32,000 nt of DNA from Acaryochloris marina S15 (GCF_018336915.1 NZ_CP064923.1:5790001-5822000); one strand, 5' to 3'; shown: positions 9,876 through 18,458, counted from the stretch's first letter. Notes: a model not told the origin generated them from the sequence alone. Numbers and translations: made by a program.

Positions 9876-10739
9876 TTATTTGACCCCAGCGATGGTGATC
9901 GTCCTGAAAATCAGAGACTTTTCAGCGCAGGTGCGTCTTAGAGCAAAGGGGAGGAGTCCCACTCCCTTTTCAAGGGCAAGGAGGAACAGAGAGATCGGGA
10001 AAATAATGGGTAAAGACAGTATTTGATTTTTGAAGACCTTATAAATCTGAATTTTGGAGAACCCTGCCTGTTTAAAGAGCTGGGCTAGTTCAACAATCGA
10101 ATATTCCTTGAGATGGAACCCTGTGGCAACTTCATCAAAATACTTGGAGATGTCGTGGGGGCCAGATAATCGATGGGGCGTGACGCAGACATAAGTGCCG
10201 CCTGGTTTGAGGGCAGTGCAAATATTCTTAAGCTGGTCGTAGGCATCTTCGGGATGCAAATGCTCCATCAGCTGGTGGCTATAGGCTAAATCGATACTGC
10301 TAGGTTCCGTGGGAATACTACAGCCATCGGAAATAATTAAGTCAACGTTTTTGGGTAAGGCCAAGTCTTTGGTAATTTCGGTGGCGACATCCACGGCATA
10401 GACTTGCTGGACATGGGGGGCAATTTCGCGGCAGAGGTGACAGTTGCCAGGTCCGATTTCCAGAAATGTTGAGTCGTCTGACATAAAGTGCTGCAAAAAG
10501 TCGATGCGTTGCTGAATGAGTTTGTTAGCACTGGTATCGGCTGGGCGAGAGTGATGGGAATGATGAGTCACTTTCGTGAATAGGGCATCGTAGAGTTGGG
10601 TGTAAAGTGACCCTTCTATGCGCTCGGATTGGGTGGAGTGCCGGAGCTGATCAGCGAGCTGTTTTTCGATGTGGTAATGCTCGGTAATTTGCTCAACGGT
10701 TCTGTCATCTGAATCTTTTATCTTTAGCTGTGTACTCAT
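9876..10739 (-). CDS. Class I SAM-dependent methyltransferase
   Basis: Motif I is FLEIGPGNCH, followed by AVDV and post-I/II motifs (LKPGGTYVCVTP). The ATG at 10739 (MSTQLKIKD..) is preferred over the longest ORF start at 10802. Confidence 0.8.
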   Translation of the reverse strand: MSTQLKIKDSDDRTVEQITEHYHIEKQLADQLRHSTQSERIEGSLYTQLYDALFTKVTHHSHHSRPADTSANKLIQQRIDFLQHFMSDDSTFLEIGPGNCHLCREIAPHVQQVYAVDVATEITKDLALPKNVDLIISDGCSIPTEPSSIDLAYSHQLMEHLHPEDAYDQLKNICTALKPGGTYVCVTPHRLSGPHDISKYFDEVATGFHLKEYSIVELAQLFKQAGFSKIQIYKVFKNQILSLPIIFPISLFLLALEKGVGLLPFALRRTCAEKSLIFRTITIAGVK

Positions 10740-10985
10740 AGTTCTATTTATAGGTATAAGAAATCTGGCTTGGCCAGCGCACCTGGAGATCTGGAAGACC
10801 ATGGTTAAGGGCGCTGTTCAGGAGAGAGAACACATGCTTACCACTATAGCCTTGCCCTCAGATACTGACGAATAAGGGCATTTTTGAGAAGAGTAAAGGT
10901 AGCGCAGAAGGCTGAAATATTCTCAGGGAAAGAGTTGTATAAGAATGTCTTCTCGATATCAAATCAGCGACTTAGATTTCTGGAA

Positions 10986-11007
10986 CAACTGAGGCAAAAA
11001 GTGAGGC
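10986..11007 (+). repeat. Copy 1 of a 17-bp exact repeat GAGGCAAAAAGTGAGGC (12-mer AAAAAGTGAGGC unit)
   Basis: GAGGCAAAAAGTGAGGC at 10991-11007 is identical to 11210-11226. Both lie in the AT-rich 740-bp region upstream of the 11543 gene. Confidence 0.8.
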
Positions 11008-11202
11008 ATTTTCACTTTAGGTTTGGAGTAAAAACCTCTAAATAAGTGTCCGTTAGTATTTTAATTTAAACAAATAAAATTTTAGCTGATTCATTTCTGA
11101 ATAGGGCTGAAGGAAACCTAAAGCTGGCATGAAAGAAATCTGAGAAAGCTGAAAGCTATATGAGAAGAATTTTTCAGGACATCTACCCTTTGATTGCTGG
11201 AG

Positions 11203-11226
11203 AAAAAGTGAGGCAAAAAGTGAGGC
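11203..11226 (+). repeat. Copy 2: two perfect tandem AAAAAGTGAGGC 12-mers
   Basis: AAAAAGTGAGGC occurs at 11203-11214 and again at 11215-11226, read directly from the sequence. Confidence 0.8.
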
Positions 11227-11530
11227 TTTTCTGCTGTGCAGATCTTTTATTGTCAAAACAGTAAGGTCATTGAAATCAATTGGATTTGCATAACGCTCCA
11301 AGTCTGACCTCATGGCTTGTGAGTTGACATCTTTCTCAAATCTGGGGAGTGCTCCTCCTATTTGTTGAGTTCTCCAAAATAGCTTTGACACGTACCGCAG
11401 GCATTTCTTGCCTTGCGGCCGGTGGATCGTGCTGTTTGTGCAGTTCATCTGTTGATCTTGCTTCCCCTGTTGACGATGGGCAATAGCCCGAGTTACGACC
11501 ACATGCAAACAATTTGTCTAGAAAAAATCT

Positions 11531-11534
11531 GGAG
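11531..11534 (+). promoter_or_regulatory. Shine-Dalgarno-like GGAG
   Basis: GGAG lies 8 nt upstream of the ATG at 11543. Confidence 0.45.
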
Positions 11535-11542
11535 ATGCAACT

Positions 11543-13927
11543 ATGCCTAATTTCAATTCACTCAATGATGGCGATCTAGAAAATGGTCCTGTTGTGCTAG
11601 ATGAATTCCGCGAATCTTTGCGCGTCCGCTCGGGTCAAAACTTACAAACGGGCGATCAAAATAGCGTGGTGACGGAAGGCGTCCTCAACACAGTTGTAGT
11701 AGAAGGCAATGCTGCGATTGAGAGCAATGACACGGCTGTGGAAGCCAATGGTTTAGCCAGCATCATCTTTAACCAGGGCACCATTGCTGGAGGTGTGAAT
11801 GGTGTCAGTGCGACGGGCAATCGTTTTCGCTTGTTTAACCGGGGCACTATTGCGTCTGACAGCCGAGCGGTGGATATCAGCGATGGGGATGGCAGCATTG
11901 TCATCAATTCTGGTTCGATTATTGGCACAGACGATCAGCGAAACGGGACTTTATATGTCGATGGCACCGTCGATAACTTCCGGCTTCTCAATCAACGCTC
12001 GGGCGTTATTGATGCGGGAGATGGCAATCTTGGAGATGCCGTTTCGGTACAGGTGGGTGCTACAGATGATCCCACCAGCGAGGGTATCAATATTGTCAAC
12101 AATGGTTTATTCCAAGGCCGGGGCGATGGCCCAGAGGTTTTTGCCAACGGTGCCCGAGTCGCCCCTAATGGGTCAAGCGGCCTTCGATTCTTTAATGGCT
12201 CAGGTCAGCCCGAGACTTCCGTGAGTGGATCTGTGATTAATAACGGTACGATTACCGCCGAAGTGAATGTGGGCTTTCTCGGCGGCTTGGTCGTAGAAGA
12301 TGGCGTGGGTTTTGATGGGCAGATTGTCAATGGCCGTAATGGTCTGATTGAAGGGCCTCGGAATGGTCTTTATATTGGTAATGCAGACCATGATCTAACG
12401 ATTCGCAACTTTGGTCGCATCGAGTCTGGGAGTCGGGCGGTCAATATCGACGGCACAGGTGTAGATTTACTGAACTATGGCACCATCACGGGTACCGGCA
12501 ATCAGCGTAATGGCACTGTTTACTCAGATGCCACAGCAGATAACTACCGAATTTTTAATGGCCGTTCGGGCGTCATTGATGCAGGAGTTGGTAACCAAGG
12601 AGCAGGAATTGCCCTGCAGACGGGTGATATTGCAGGAGATGTTGTTAATTCGACGTTAACTAACTTTGGCACGATACAGGGTCGAGGTCAGGCTGCTGCT
12701 AACTTAGGTTTAGCAGGTGATGGTCTACGAATTTTTTCTGGTGTCGATGGTGGAGGAACCGTCTATCGTGGCAACATTTTTAACCAGGGTCGAATTCTTT
12801 CCGAAAGTTTGCAAGGTCCGACTGCTGCAGTTCGATTTTCCAATGGCCTGGCCTATGAAGGGACATTGACCAACGCCAGAGGAGGACTCATTGATGGTGC
12901 TCAAAATGGCTTGTATTTTGGCGATGCTGACCATGATGCAACGGTGATTAATCGTGGCACCATTCAAAGCGGTAGCCGAGCTGTCAACATTGATGGTTCT
13001 GGTGTTGATTTGCGTAACTTTGGTCAAATTTTGGGGACAGATGATCAACGTAACGGTACAGTTTATGCCGACTCAACTGCAGAAGACTACTCCATTTTCA
13101 ATGGACGTTCAGGGTTGATTGACGCCGGTGAAGGCAATAACGGTGCTGGTGTTTCCTTGCAGACAGGCGATGAAGATGGTGATATCGTCGAAGCCTCACT
13201 CCGCAATGACGGTTTAATCCGAGGCCGTGGAGATGGCGTAGGTAATCAGGCTGGCGACGGTGTTCGTCTGTTTACGAGTGTGGCTGGATCCACAACCTTT
13301 GCGGGGGATTTGGATAATCGAGGTCAAATCTTTGGTACGGATGATGGCATCGATATTCAAACCGGGGTAACGCTAGATGGCGACATTAATAACTCAGGTT
13401 TGCTTGCCGCAGATGAGATTGGGGTCAATATTAGTGGAGCGCTTAATGGTGAATTGAATAACCAAGGCACCATTACCGGGAGAGCTGCTGCCATTGATGC
13501 GAGTGCAGCTACTGCTGGAATCACCGTCAATAACCAAGGTGAGATCAATGGTGATGTGACCCTAAGTAACTTTGACGATATCTTTAACGGTGCAGAAGGC
13601 ACGGTTAATGGCGTCATTAATGGAGGTGGAGGCAACGACCTTCTGATTGGGGGGCGTCAAAACGATATCTTTGTAGGAGGTGACGGTCAGGATACGTTCG
13701 TATTTGCAGCAAATTCAGGGGTTGATATCGTCACAGATTTTGCAACTAGCGAGATTGATGTTCTTGATTTCAGCGCTGTCTTTAGTGATATCAACGAAAT
13801 TGTGGGGGTTGGCGGCGCTGCGACTCAGGTGGGTACTGCCACCTTGATTGATTTGGGAAATAACAATGAAGTAGTGCTATTGAATGTCAGTGTAAGTGAC
13901 TTAACAGTGGATAACTTTATCGTTTAA
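11543..13927 (+). CDS. Secreted repeat protein, probable T1SS substrate (beta-helix-like N/G/D-rich repeats plus C-terminal RTX nonapeptides)
   Basis: 794 aa with no N-terminal signal peptide. There are three ~181-190-aa tandem repeats (SRAV(D/N)I.. at aa 107, 297, 478). GGGGNDLLIGGRQNDIFVGGDGQDTFVF (aa 694-721) is a hemolysin-type Ca-binding repeat block, followed by a ~70-aa non-repeat C-terminus. The gene lies next to an ABC/HlyD pair. Confidence 0.85.
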   Translation: MPNFNSLNDGDLENGPVVLDEFRESLRVRSGQNLQTGDQNSVVTEGVLNTVVVEGNAAIESNDTAVEANGLASIIFNQGTIAGGVNGVSATGNRFRLFNRGTIASDSRAVDISDGDGSIVINSGSIIGTDDQRNGTLYVDGTVDNFRLLNQRSGVIDAGDGNLGDAVSVQVGATDDPTSEGINIVNNGLFQGRGDGPEVFANGARVAPNGSSGLRFFNGSGQPETSVSGSVINNGTITAEVNVGFLGGLVVEDGVGFDGQIVNGRNGLIEGPRNGLYIGNADHDLTIRNFGRIESGSRAVNIDGTGVDLLNYGTITGTGNQRNGTVYSDATADNYRIFNGRSGVIDAGVGNQGAGIALQTGDIAGDVVNSTLTNFGTIQGRGQAAANLGLAGDGLRIFSGVDGGGTVYRGNIFNQGRILSESLQGPTAAVRFSNGLAYEGTLTNARGGLIDGAQNGLYFGDADHDATVINRGTIQSGSRAVNIDGSGVDLRNFGQILGTDDQRNGTVYADSTAEDYSIFNGRSGLIDAGEGNNGAGVSLQTGDEDGDIVEASLRNDGLIRGRGDGVGNQAGDGVRLFTSVAGSTTFAGDLDNRGQIFGTDDGIDIQTGVTLDGDINNSGLLAADEIGVNISGALNGELNNQGTITGRAAAIDASAATAGITVNNQGEINGDVTLSNFDDIFNGAEGTVNGVINGGGGNDLLIGGRQNDIFVGGDGQDTFVFAANSGVDIVTDFATSEIDVLDFSAVFSDINEIVGVGGAATQVGTATLIDLGNNNEVVLLNVSVSDLTVDNFIV
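11861..13340 (+). repeat. Three in-frame tandem repeats (~543-570 bp each) inside the 794-aa gene
   Basis: The protein segments starting at aa 107, 297 and 478 align by eye, for example GSRAVNIDG(T/S)GVDL.N(Y/F)G.I.GT..QRNGTVY.D.TA(D/E).Y.IFNGRSG(V/L)IDAG.GN.GAG(I/V).LQTGD. Confidence 0.8.
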
Positions 13928-13934
13928 GCCAGAT

Positions 13935-13962
13935 AGCGGCAGGCTCCAAGCCTGCCGCTTTG
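13935..13962 (+). terminator. Rho-independent terminator candidate
   Basis: A perfect 10-bp stem, AGCGGCAGGC (13935-13944) / GCCTGCCGCT (13950-13959), with a 5-nt loop, starts 8 nt after the stop codon. It is followed only by a short T run (TTTGG). Confidence 0.65.
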
Positions 13963-14751
13963 GTCATCCGTGGTTTCGTCAGATTGCCATCGGTTTGGGC
14001 AGGGTTGCTCTGATGGGTTCCCATTCAACAGTAAGGCTATGACTCAACCCATTTGCTAATAAGTCGGTCGCTGCTAATTGGATAGCTGTAGCAAAGCAAA
14101 ATTCCCAGCCCTATTCCGCTATATCTACTCGCCGAGCTTGCCTAGCTAATGAGCTAACGATTCTGCCTTTATGGTCTGGGAAGTGGATGCATAAATATTC
14201 ACTCACTAACTGATAAATAGTTGGCTGCCTCAACCACTGGTATCAAGCAACATTAGTTCTGATTAGAAAAGGTAGTTTATGACTGAGTGTAAATCTTGGA
14301 TAACTAATATCACTTAAATTATTTAGCCAAGATAGTAATAATTCTAGAAAGAATAACGAGAAGGCTGTGGTTTCTTTCAGTTGCTTATTATGAAGAGTCA
14401 GGAATATAGCTATAGCAGTCTAAAACAGATGGTCATTGATAATACAATTTTACGTAGATTGCAAAACATAAAAGAATTATTTGCCTTGGAAAAATAATTT
14501 TACTAGATGTTAACGTTCCTAGTTGGTGCTGATCTATCAGTTGTAAATATATGGGTTAAGATTCCGAGGGATGATGACACAGCGAGATCCTATTGCTGAC
14601 TGAAACGACGCCATGAGAGTTACATCTTCCTAGTCAGCAGGGTATGGTAACAATACTTTCCTTTCACCCTTACCTTCATCTGTTTTATTCATGTTGTCTC
14701 TAAATTGATCTTTAGACTTGAATAACCCTCTCTATTAAGAGTATTTTTGAT

Positions 14752-15504
14752 ATGATCTCTGCCCTACCGATTGTGGATAAAACTGTTCAACCCTCTGATT
14801 TAATTCCTTTGCTTGGGCAATATCAGCTGCTTCCTCAGTTGCTGAAAGAACTGATTATTGACCAAGCTATTCAAGACGTTCAATTAGGCCCAGAAGAAGT
14901 TGTACAAGCAGTAGAGCAGTTCTATCGTCAGCATCAAATCGGTGAGGAAGCTAGACGTGAGGCTTGGCTAAAGCATTATCGGATGACGCCTCAGCAGTTG
15001 GCTGCGCAAGCCCAACGGCAGTTGAAACTGCATAAATTTAAACTCCAAACCTGGAATAACCAGGTAGAGTCTGATTTTCTCCAGCAAAAAGGGCAGTTTG
15101 ATCAATATGTTTATTCTTTGATCCGAGTGGCCAGTGCCGAAGTGGCTCAAGAATTATATTTCCGACTGCAGGCCGGTGAACAAGCGTTTGCAGATTTGGC
15201 AACCAAATATTCTCAAGGTCCTGAAGCACAAACAGGTGGATTGATTGGTCCTGTTACTGCAGCCAATCTACATCCCACGTTAGTGCAAATTCTGACGAGT
15301 GCTCAACCTGGGCAAGTACGCCCTCCTATTCGCTTAGGTGAATGGTTTGTGATTGTCAGTTTGCAAAAATTGATCTCGGCTCAACTAGATGCCCCGCTGC
15401 GACAACAATTGCTGGAGCAGCGTTTTAATGAGTGGCTCCAATTGCAGCTTAAATCGGCTGCAATTTCTGATGACTCTATTGCTGTTTCGGCGCGAACACC
15501 ATGA
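14752..15504 (+). CDS. Parvulin-type (PpiC/SurA-like) peptidyl-prolyl isomerase family protein, probably non-catalytic
   Basis: 250 aa. The C-terminal half matches the parvulin fold pattern (FADLATKYSQGPEAQTGGLIGPV...LHPTLVQIL...GQVRPPIRLGEWFVIV). No signal peptide is visible. Its stop overlaps the ABC start (ATGA at 15501-15504). Confidence 0.75.
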   Translation: MISALPIVDKTVQPSDLIPLLGQYQLLPQLLKELIIDQAIQDVQLGPEEVVQAVEQFYRQHQIGEEARREAWLKHYRMTPQQLAAQAQRQLKLHKFKLQTWNNQVESDFLQQKGQFDQYVYSLIRVASAEVAQELYFRLQAGEQAFADLATKYSQGPEAQTGGLIGPVTAANLHPTLVQILTSAQPGQVRPPIRLGEWFVIVSLQKLISAQLDAPLRQQLLEQRFNEWLQLQLKSAAISDDSIAVSARTP

Positions 15505-18458
15505 CTTCAGCCATCCTTGCTCTGGAATCCTTTCTTAAGGATCTACCCGGTTTTAACCAGCTTTCAGAAGCGGTTTTATCTTCGGTGGCGAAAGAATTTC
15601 AACCATTGCGCTATCCCATGGGCCGCCCCCTTGTGTCTAATCGGGCCATGCCTCAAGACTTTACCCTGATCTATCAAGGGCAGGTGCGCCTATTAGGTTA
15701 CGATCCTCGCACCGATACTCCAGTGACCCTCAGTCTGTTGGGACCGGGTGCTGCAGTCGGGTGGATTAGCCTGGTGCGCCAAATTCCCTGTGAGACGGCC
15801 ATTGCTTCGGTGGAAACAGTGGGATTAAAGTTGCCTGCGGCGACTTTTTTAGAGCTGCTGGAACATGAATCGAGCCTGGCTCAAGTGTATGAGCAGCAGG
15901 CTAATATTCTCGAAGCGTTTGATGTTCTGGGCCAACAGTTATTGATCCGGGCGGATGGCTCGACTGACCTGAAATTTTTGGCAGAAAGAGCTTTACCAGC
16001 AAGTCTGATTCAAAAGTGCCCCATCCGAGATATCTCTATTGATCAATTACAGCCCAATTTGGAATGGTTTGTGAGTGGAGGGTCCATTCCTGACTTGGAA
16101 ATTGGTCAACCCTTGGAAACCTGTCTAGAGCAGCTCAATGGCACGGTCTCTCGTTCAGAAACACTCCGGTTGATTGGGTTATCACCGATCAAGGCCCAGC
16201 AGCTATCGATTGAGCCAGTGGCTTCTATTCCCCAAGCAGATACTTGGGAGGATATCCCCGAAGCACCAACTTTGCTGCCTGCGGTCGATGATGCCCCGGT
16301 GAAACATGGCAAATATCCCTTTAAGTCTGGTCGGGGCCCTATTGATGCCCCGCTGGCTTGTTTCCAAATGCTGGCGCTGTATCTCAATTTGCCGTTTCGC
16401 AAGGATGTTCTGCGGCGCATTCTCAAAAACCAAGCGGAGCGCAATGGTCCAGGAATTTCCCTGCCGGTGTATGGTGCGATCTCAGAGTCGATGGGATTAC
16501 GAGCCCAGTTAGTGGAAACCCCTGCTTCTGCGTTTTCTCGTCTTCCTGCTCCTGCCTTAATCAATTGGCAAGATCGTATTGCACTGGTGTATGAAACCAG
16601 TGCTAAAGAAATCGTATTTGCGGTGCCTGAGCAAACCTTGCTGCGTCAGCACCCCGATGAATTTTTGGAAGCCTTTGATGACAAGGTGCAAGTGCTGCTG
16701 CTAGAGCGCACCCATGATACGCCCCAAAGTCGATTTAACCTGAGCTGGTTTTGGCCTTCGATTAAGAAGCACCGTAAGGTTTTGATTGAGGTGCTGATTG
16801 CCTCTTTCTTTGTGCAGTTATTTGGTTTAGCGAATCCGCTTATTACCCAGGTCATTATTGATAAAGTTTTATCCCAAGGGGCTTTGGGGACCCTGAATGT
16901 CCTCGGTATGTTGTTGGTTGGTGTGGCTGTTTTTGAAGCCTTGCTCACCAGTTTTCGGACCTATCTGTTTGTGGATACCACGAATCGGATTGATATGTCC
17001 CTAGGAGCGGAGGTGATCGATCACTTAGTCCGATTACCCCTACGCTATTTTGATAAGCGGCCTGTGGGTGAACTCGCCACCCGAGTGAATGAACTCGAAA
17101 ACATCCGTAAGTTTTTGACGGGAACGGCTTTGACGGTGGTGTTGGATGCGGTTTTCTCCGTGGTGTACATCGTCGTCATGGTGTTCTACAGCTGGCTGCT
17201 GACGATTATTGCCCTGGGTACGGTACCGTTATTTGCCTTGCTAACCTTTATTTTTGCGCCGATTATTCGCCGCCTTGCCCGGACTAAGGCTGAGGAGAAC
17301 GCCAAGACCCAGTCGTACTTGGTGGAGGTGGTATCGGGAATACAAACGGTCAAAGCTCAAAATATTGAGCTGAAATCCCGATGGCAATGGCAAGATCGCT
17401 ATGCCCGGTATGTCAGCGCTGGATTTAAGGCGGTTGTGGCATCTACAACAGCTGGCTCCATGAGTGGCTTTTTGAATAAGTTATCTAGTCTGCTCTTGCT
17501 GTGGGTGGGAGCCTATCTATTTATTGAAGGGCAGTTGACCGTGGGTGAATTGATTGCCTTTCGTATTATTGCTGGTTATACCACTGGCCCCTTGCTCCGG
17601 TTAGTGCAGCTATGGCAGAACTTCCAAGAAACAGCACTGTCCCTAGAACGATTGAGCGATATTCTCGACTATCCCCAAGAAGTGACTGAAGCAGATCGAG
17701 ATTTAATCCCCATGCCGCTAATGGAGGGGGCCGTCAAGTTTGAGGATCTGTCTTTCCGGTTTAAGGATAGTGGACCGATGCAGCTTCAGCAGGTGTCTCT
17801 CGAAGTGCCAGCTCAAACCTTTGTGGGAATTGTCGGTCAGAGTGGTTCCGGTAAGAGTACCTTGATGAAGCTGCTGATGCGACTTTATAACGCGAATGGA
17901 GGACGAATCGTAGTCGACCAGTACGACATTAGCAAGGTCGAGCTATACTCTCTCCGGCGTCAAATTGGCATGGTGCTGCAGGATAGTTTGCTGTTTGATG
18001 GCACGGTGCAAGAGAATATTGCTCTTTCGGCACCAGATGCAACGGCGGAAGAAATTGTGGAGGCCGCCAGAATAGCCTATGCCCATGATTTCATTATGGA
18101 GCTGCCCCAAGGCTATAACTCCCGAGTGGGTGAGCGGGGCTCGTCTTTGTCTGGGGGACAACGGCAACGGATTGCGATCGCAAGAATGGTACTGCAAAAT
18201 CCCCAGCTCATTATTCTGGATGAAGCCACGAGTGCACTAGATTACAACGCTGAACGGCAAGTCTGTCTTAATCTGGCAGAAGCCTTTGGTGATCGCACCG
18301 TTTTCTTTGTTACCCACCGCCTCAAAACTTTGGAATCAGCAGATATGATTCTGATGATGGATCAGGGCAATCTAGTAGAACAAGGCACCCATGCAGAATT
18401 GATGCAGCAAAAAGGTCGATATTACTGGCTTTACCAGCAACAGGAGACTCAATCATGA
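15501..18458 (+). CDS. T1SS ABC transporter with N-terminal cNMP-binding-like domain and C39-like (apparently inactive) peptidase domain
   Basis: 985 aa. It has a CAP-effector-like fold at aa ~8-125, a C39-like domain at aa ~270-405 and a 6-helix TMD. The NBD carries Walker A GQSGSGKST, signature LSGGQRQRIAIAR, Walker B IILDEATSALD and the H-loop VTHRL. Confidence 0.95.
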   Translation: MTSAILALESFLKDLPGFNQLSEAVLSSVAKEFQPLRYPMGRPLVSNRAMPQDFTLIYQGQVRLLGYDPRTDTPVTLSLLGPGAAVGWISLVRQIPCETAIASVETVGLKLPAATFLELLEHESSLAQVYEQQANILEAFDVLGQQLLIRADGSTDLKFLAERALPASLIQKCPIRDISIDQLQPNLEWFVSGGSIPDLEIGQPLETCLEQLNGTVSRSETLRLIGLSPIKAQQLSIEPVASIPQADTWEDIPEAPTLLPAVDDAPVKHGKYPFKSGRGPIDAPLACFQMLALYLNLPFRKDVLRRILKNQAERNGPGISLPVYGAISESMGLRAQLVETPASAFSRLPAPALINWQDRIALVYETSAKEIVFAVPEQTLLRQHPDEFLEAFDDKVQVLLLERTHDTPQSRFNLSWFWPSIKKHRKVLIEVLIASFFVQLFGLANPLITQVIIDKVLSQGALGTLNVLGMLLVGVAVFEALLTSFRTYLFVDTTNRIDMSLGAEVIDHLVRLPLRYFDKRPVGELATRVNELENIRKFLTGTALTVVLDAVFSVVYIVVMVFYSWLLTIIALGTVPLFALLTFIFAPIIRRLARTKAEENAKTQSYLVEVVSGIQTVKAQNIELKSRWQWQDRYARYVSAGFKAVVASTTAGSMSGFLNKLSSLLLLWVGAYLFIEGQLTVGELIAFRIIAGYTTGPLLRLVQLWQNFQETALSLERLSDILDYPQEVTEADRDLIPMPLMEGAVKFEDLSFRFKDSGPMQLQQVSLEVPAQTFVGIVGQSGSGKSTLMKLLMRLYNANGGRIVVDQYDISKVELYSLRRQIGMVLQDSLLFDGTVQENIALSAPDATAEEIVEAARIAYAHDFIMELPQGYNSRVGERGSSLSGGQRQRIAIARMVLQNPQLIILDEATSALDYNAERQVCLNLAEAFGDRTVFFVTHRLKTLESADMILMMDQGNLVEQGTHAELMQQKGRYYWLYQQQETQS

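Noticed and set aside
11053-11508. 151-aa minus-strand ORF (TTG start) in the AT-rich region upstream of cargo gene 1.
   Set aside because: It has a non-ATG start and no recognisable motifs, and its composition looks like translated AT-rich spacer. It overlaps the AAAAAGTGAGGC repeats. I cannot exclude it, but I see no positive evidence for coding.
11656-13635. Antisense and alternate-frame ORFs inside the 794-aa repeat gene (11656..11928 -, 11799..12224 +, 12200..12391 -, 12477..12659 +, 12725..13048 -, 13357..13635 -).
   Set aside because: They are fully nested in a long ORF with clear repeat and RTX structure. Their low-complexity composition is typical of shadow ORFs in G/D/N-rich repeat genes.
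14390-14497. 35-aa ORF (MKSQEYSYSSLKQMVIDNTILRRLQNIKELFALEK) upstream of the T1SS operon as a possible leader or cargo peptide.
   Set aside because: It has no Shine-Dalgarno sequence, no GG or RTX motif, and no paralog in the window, and it lies in AT-rich context where short ORFs arise by chance. It is mentioned only inside the spacer finding.
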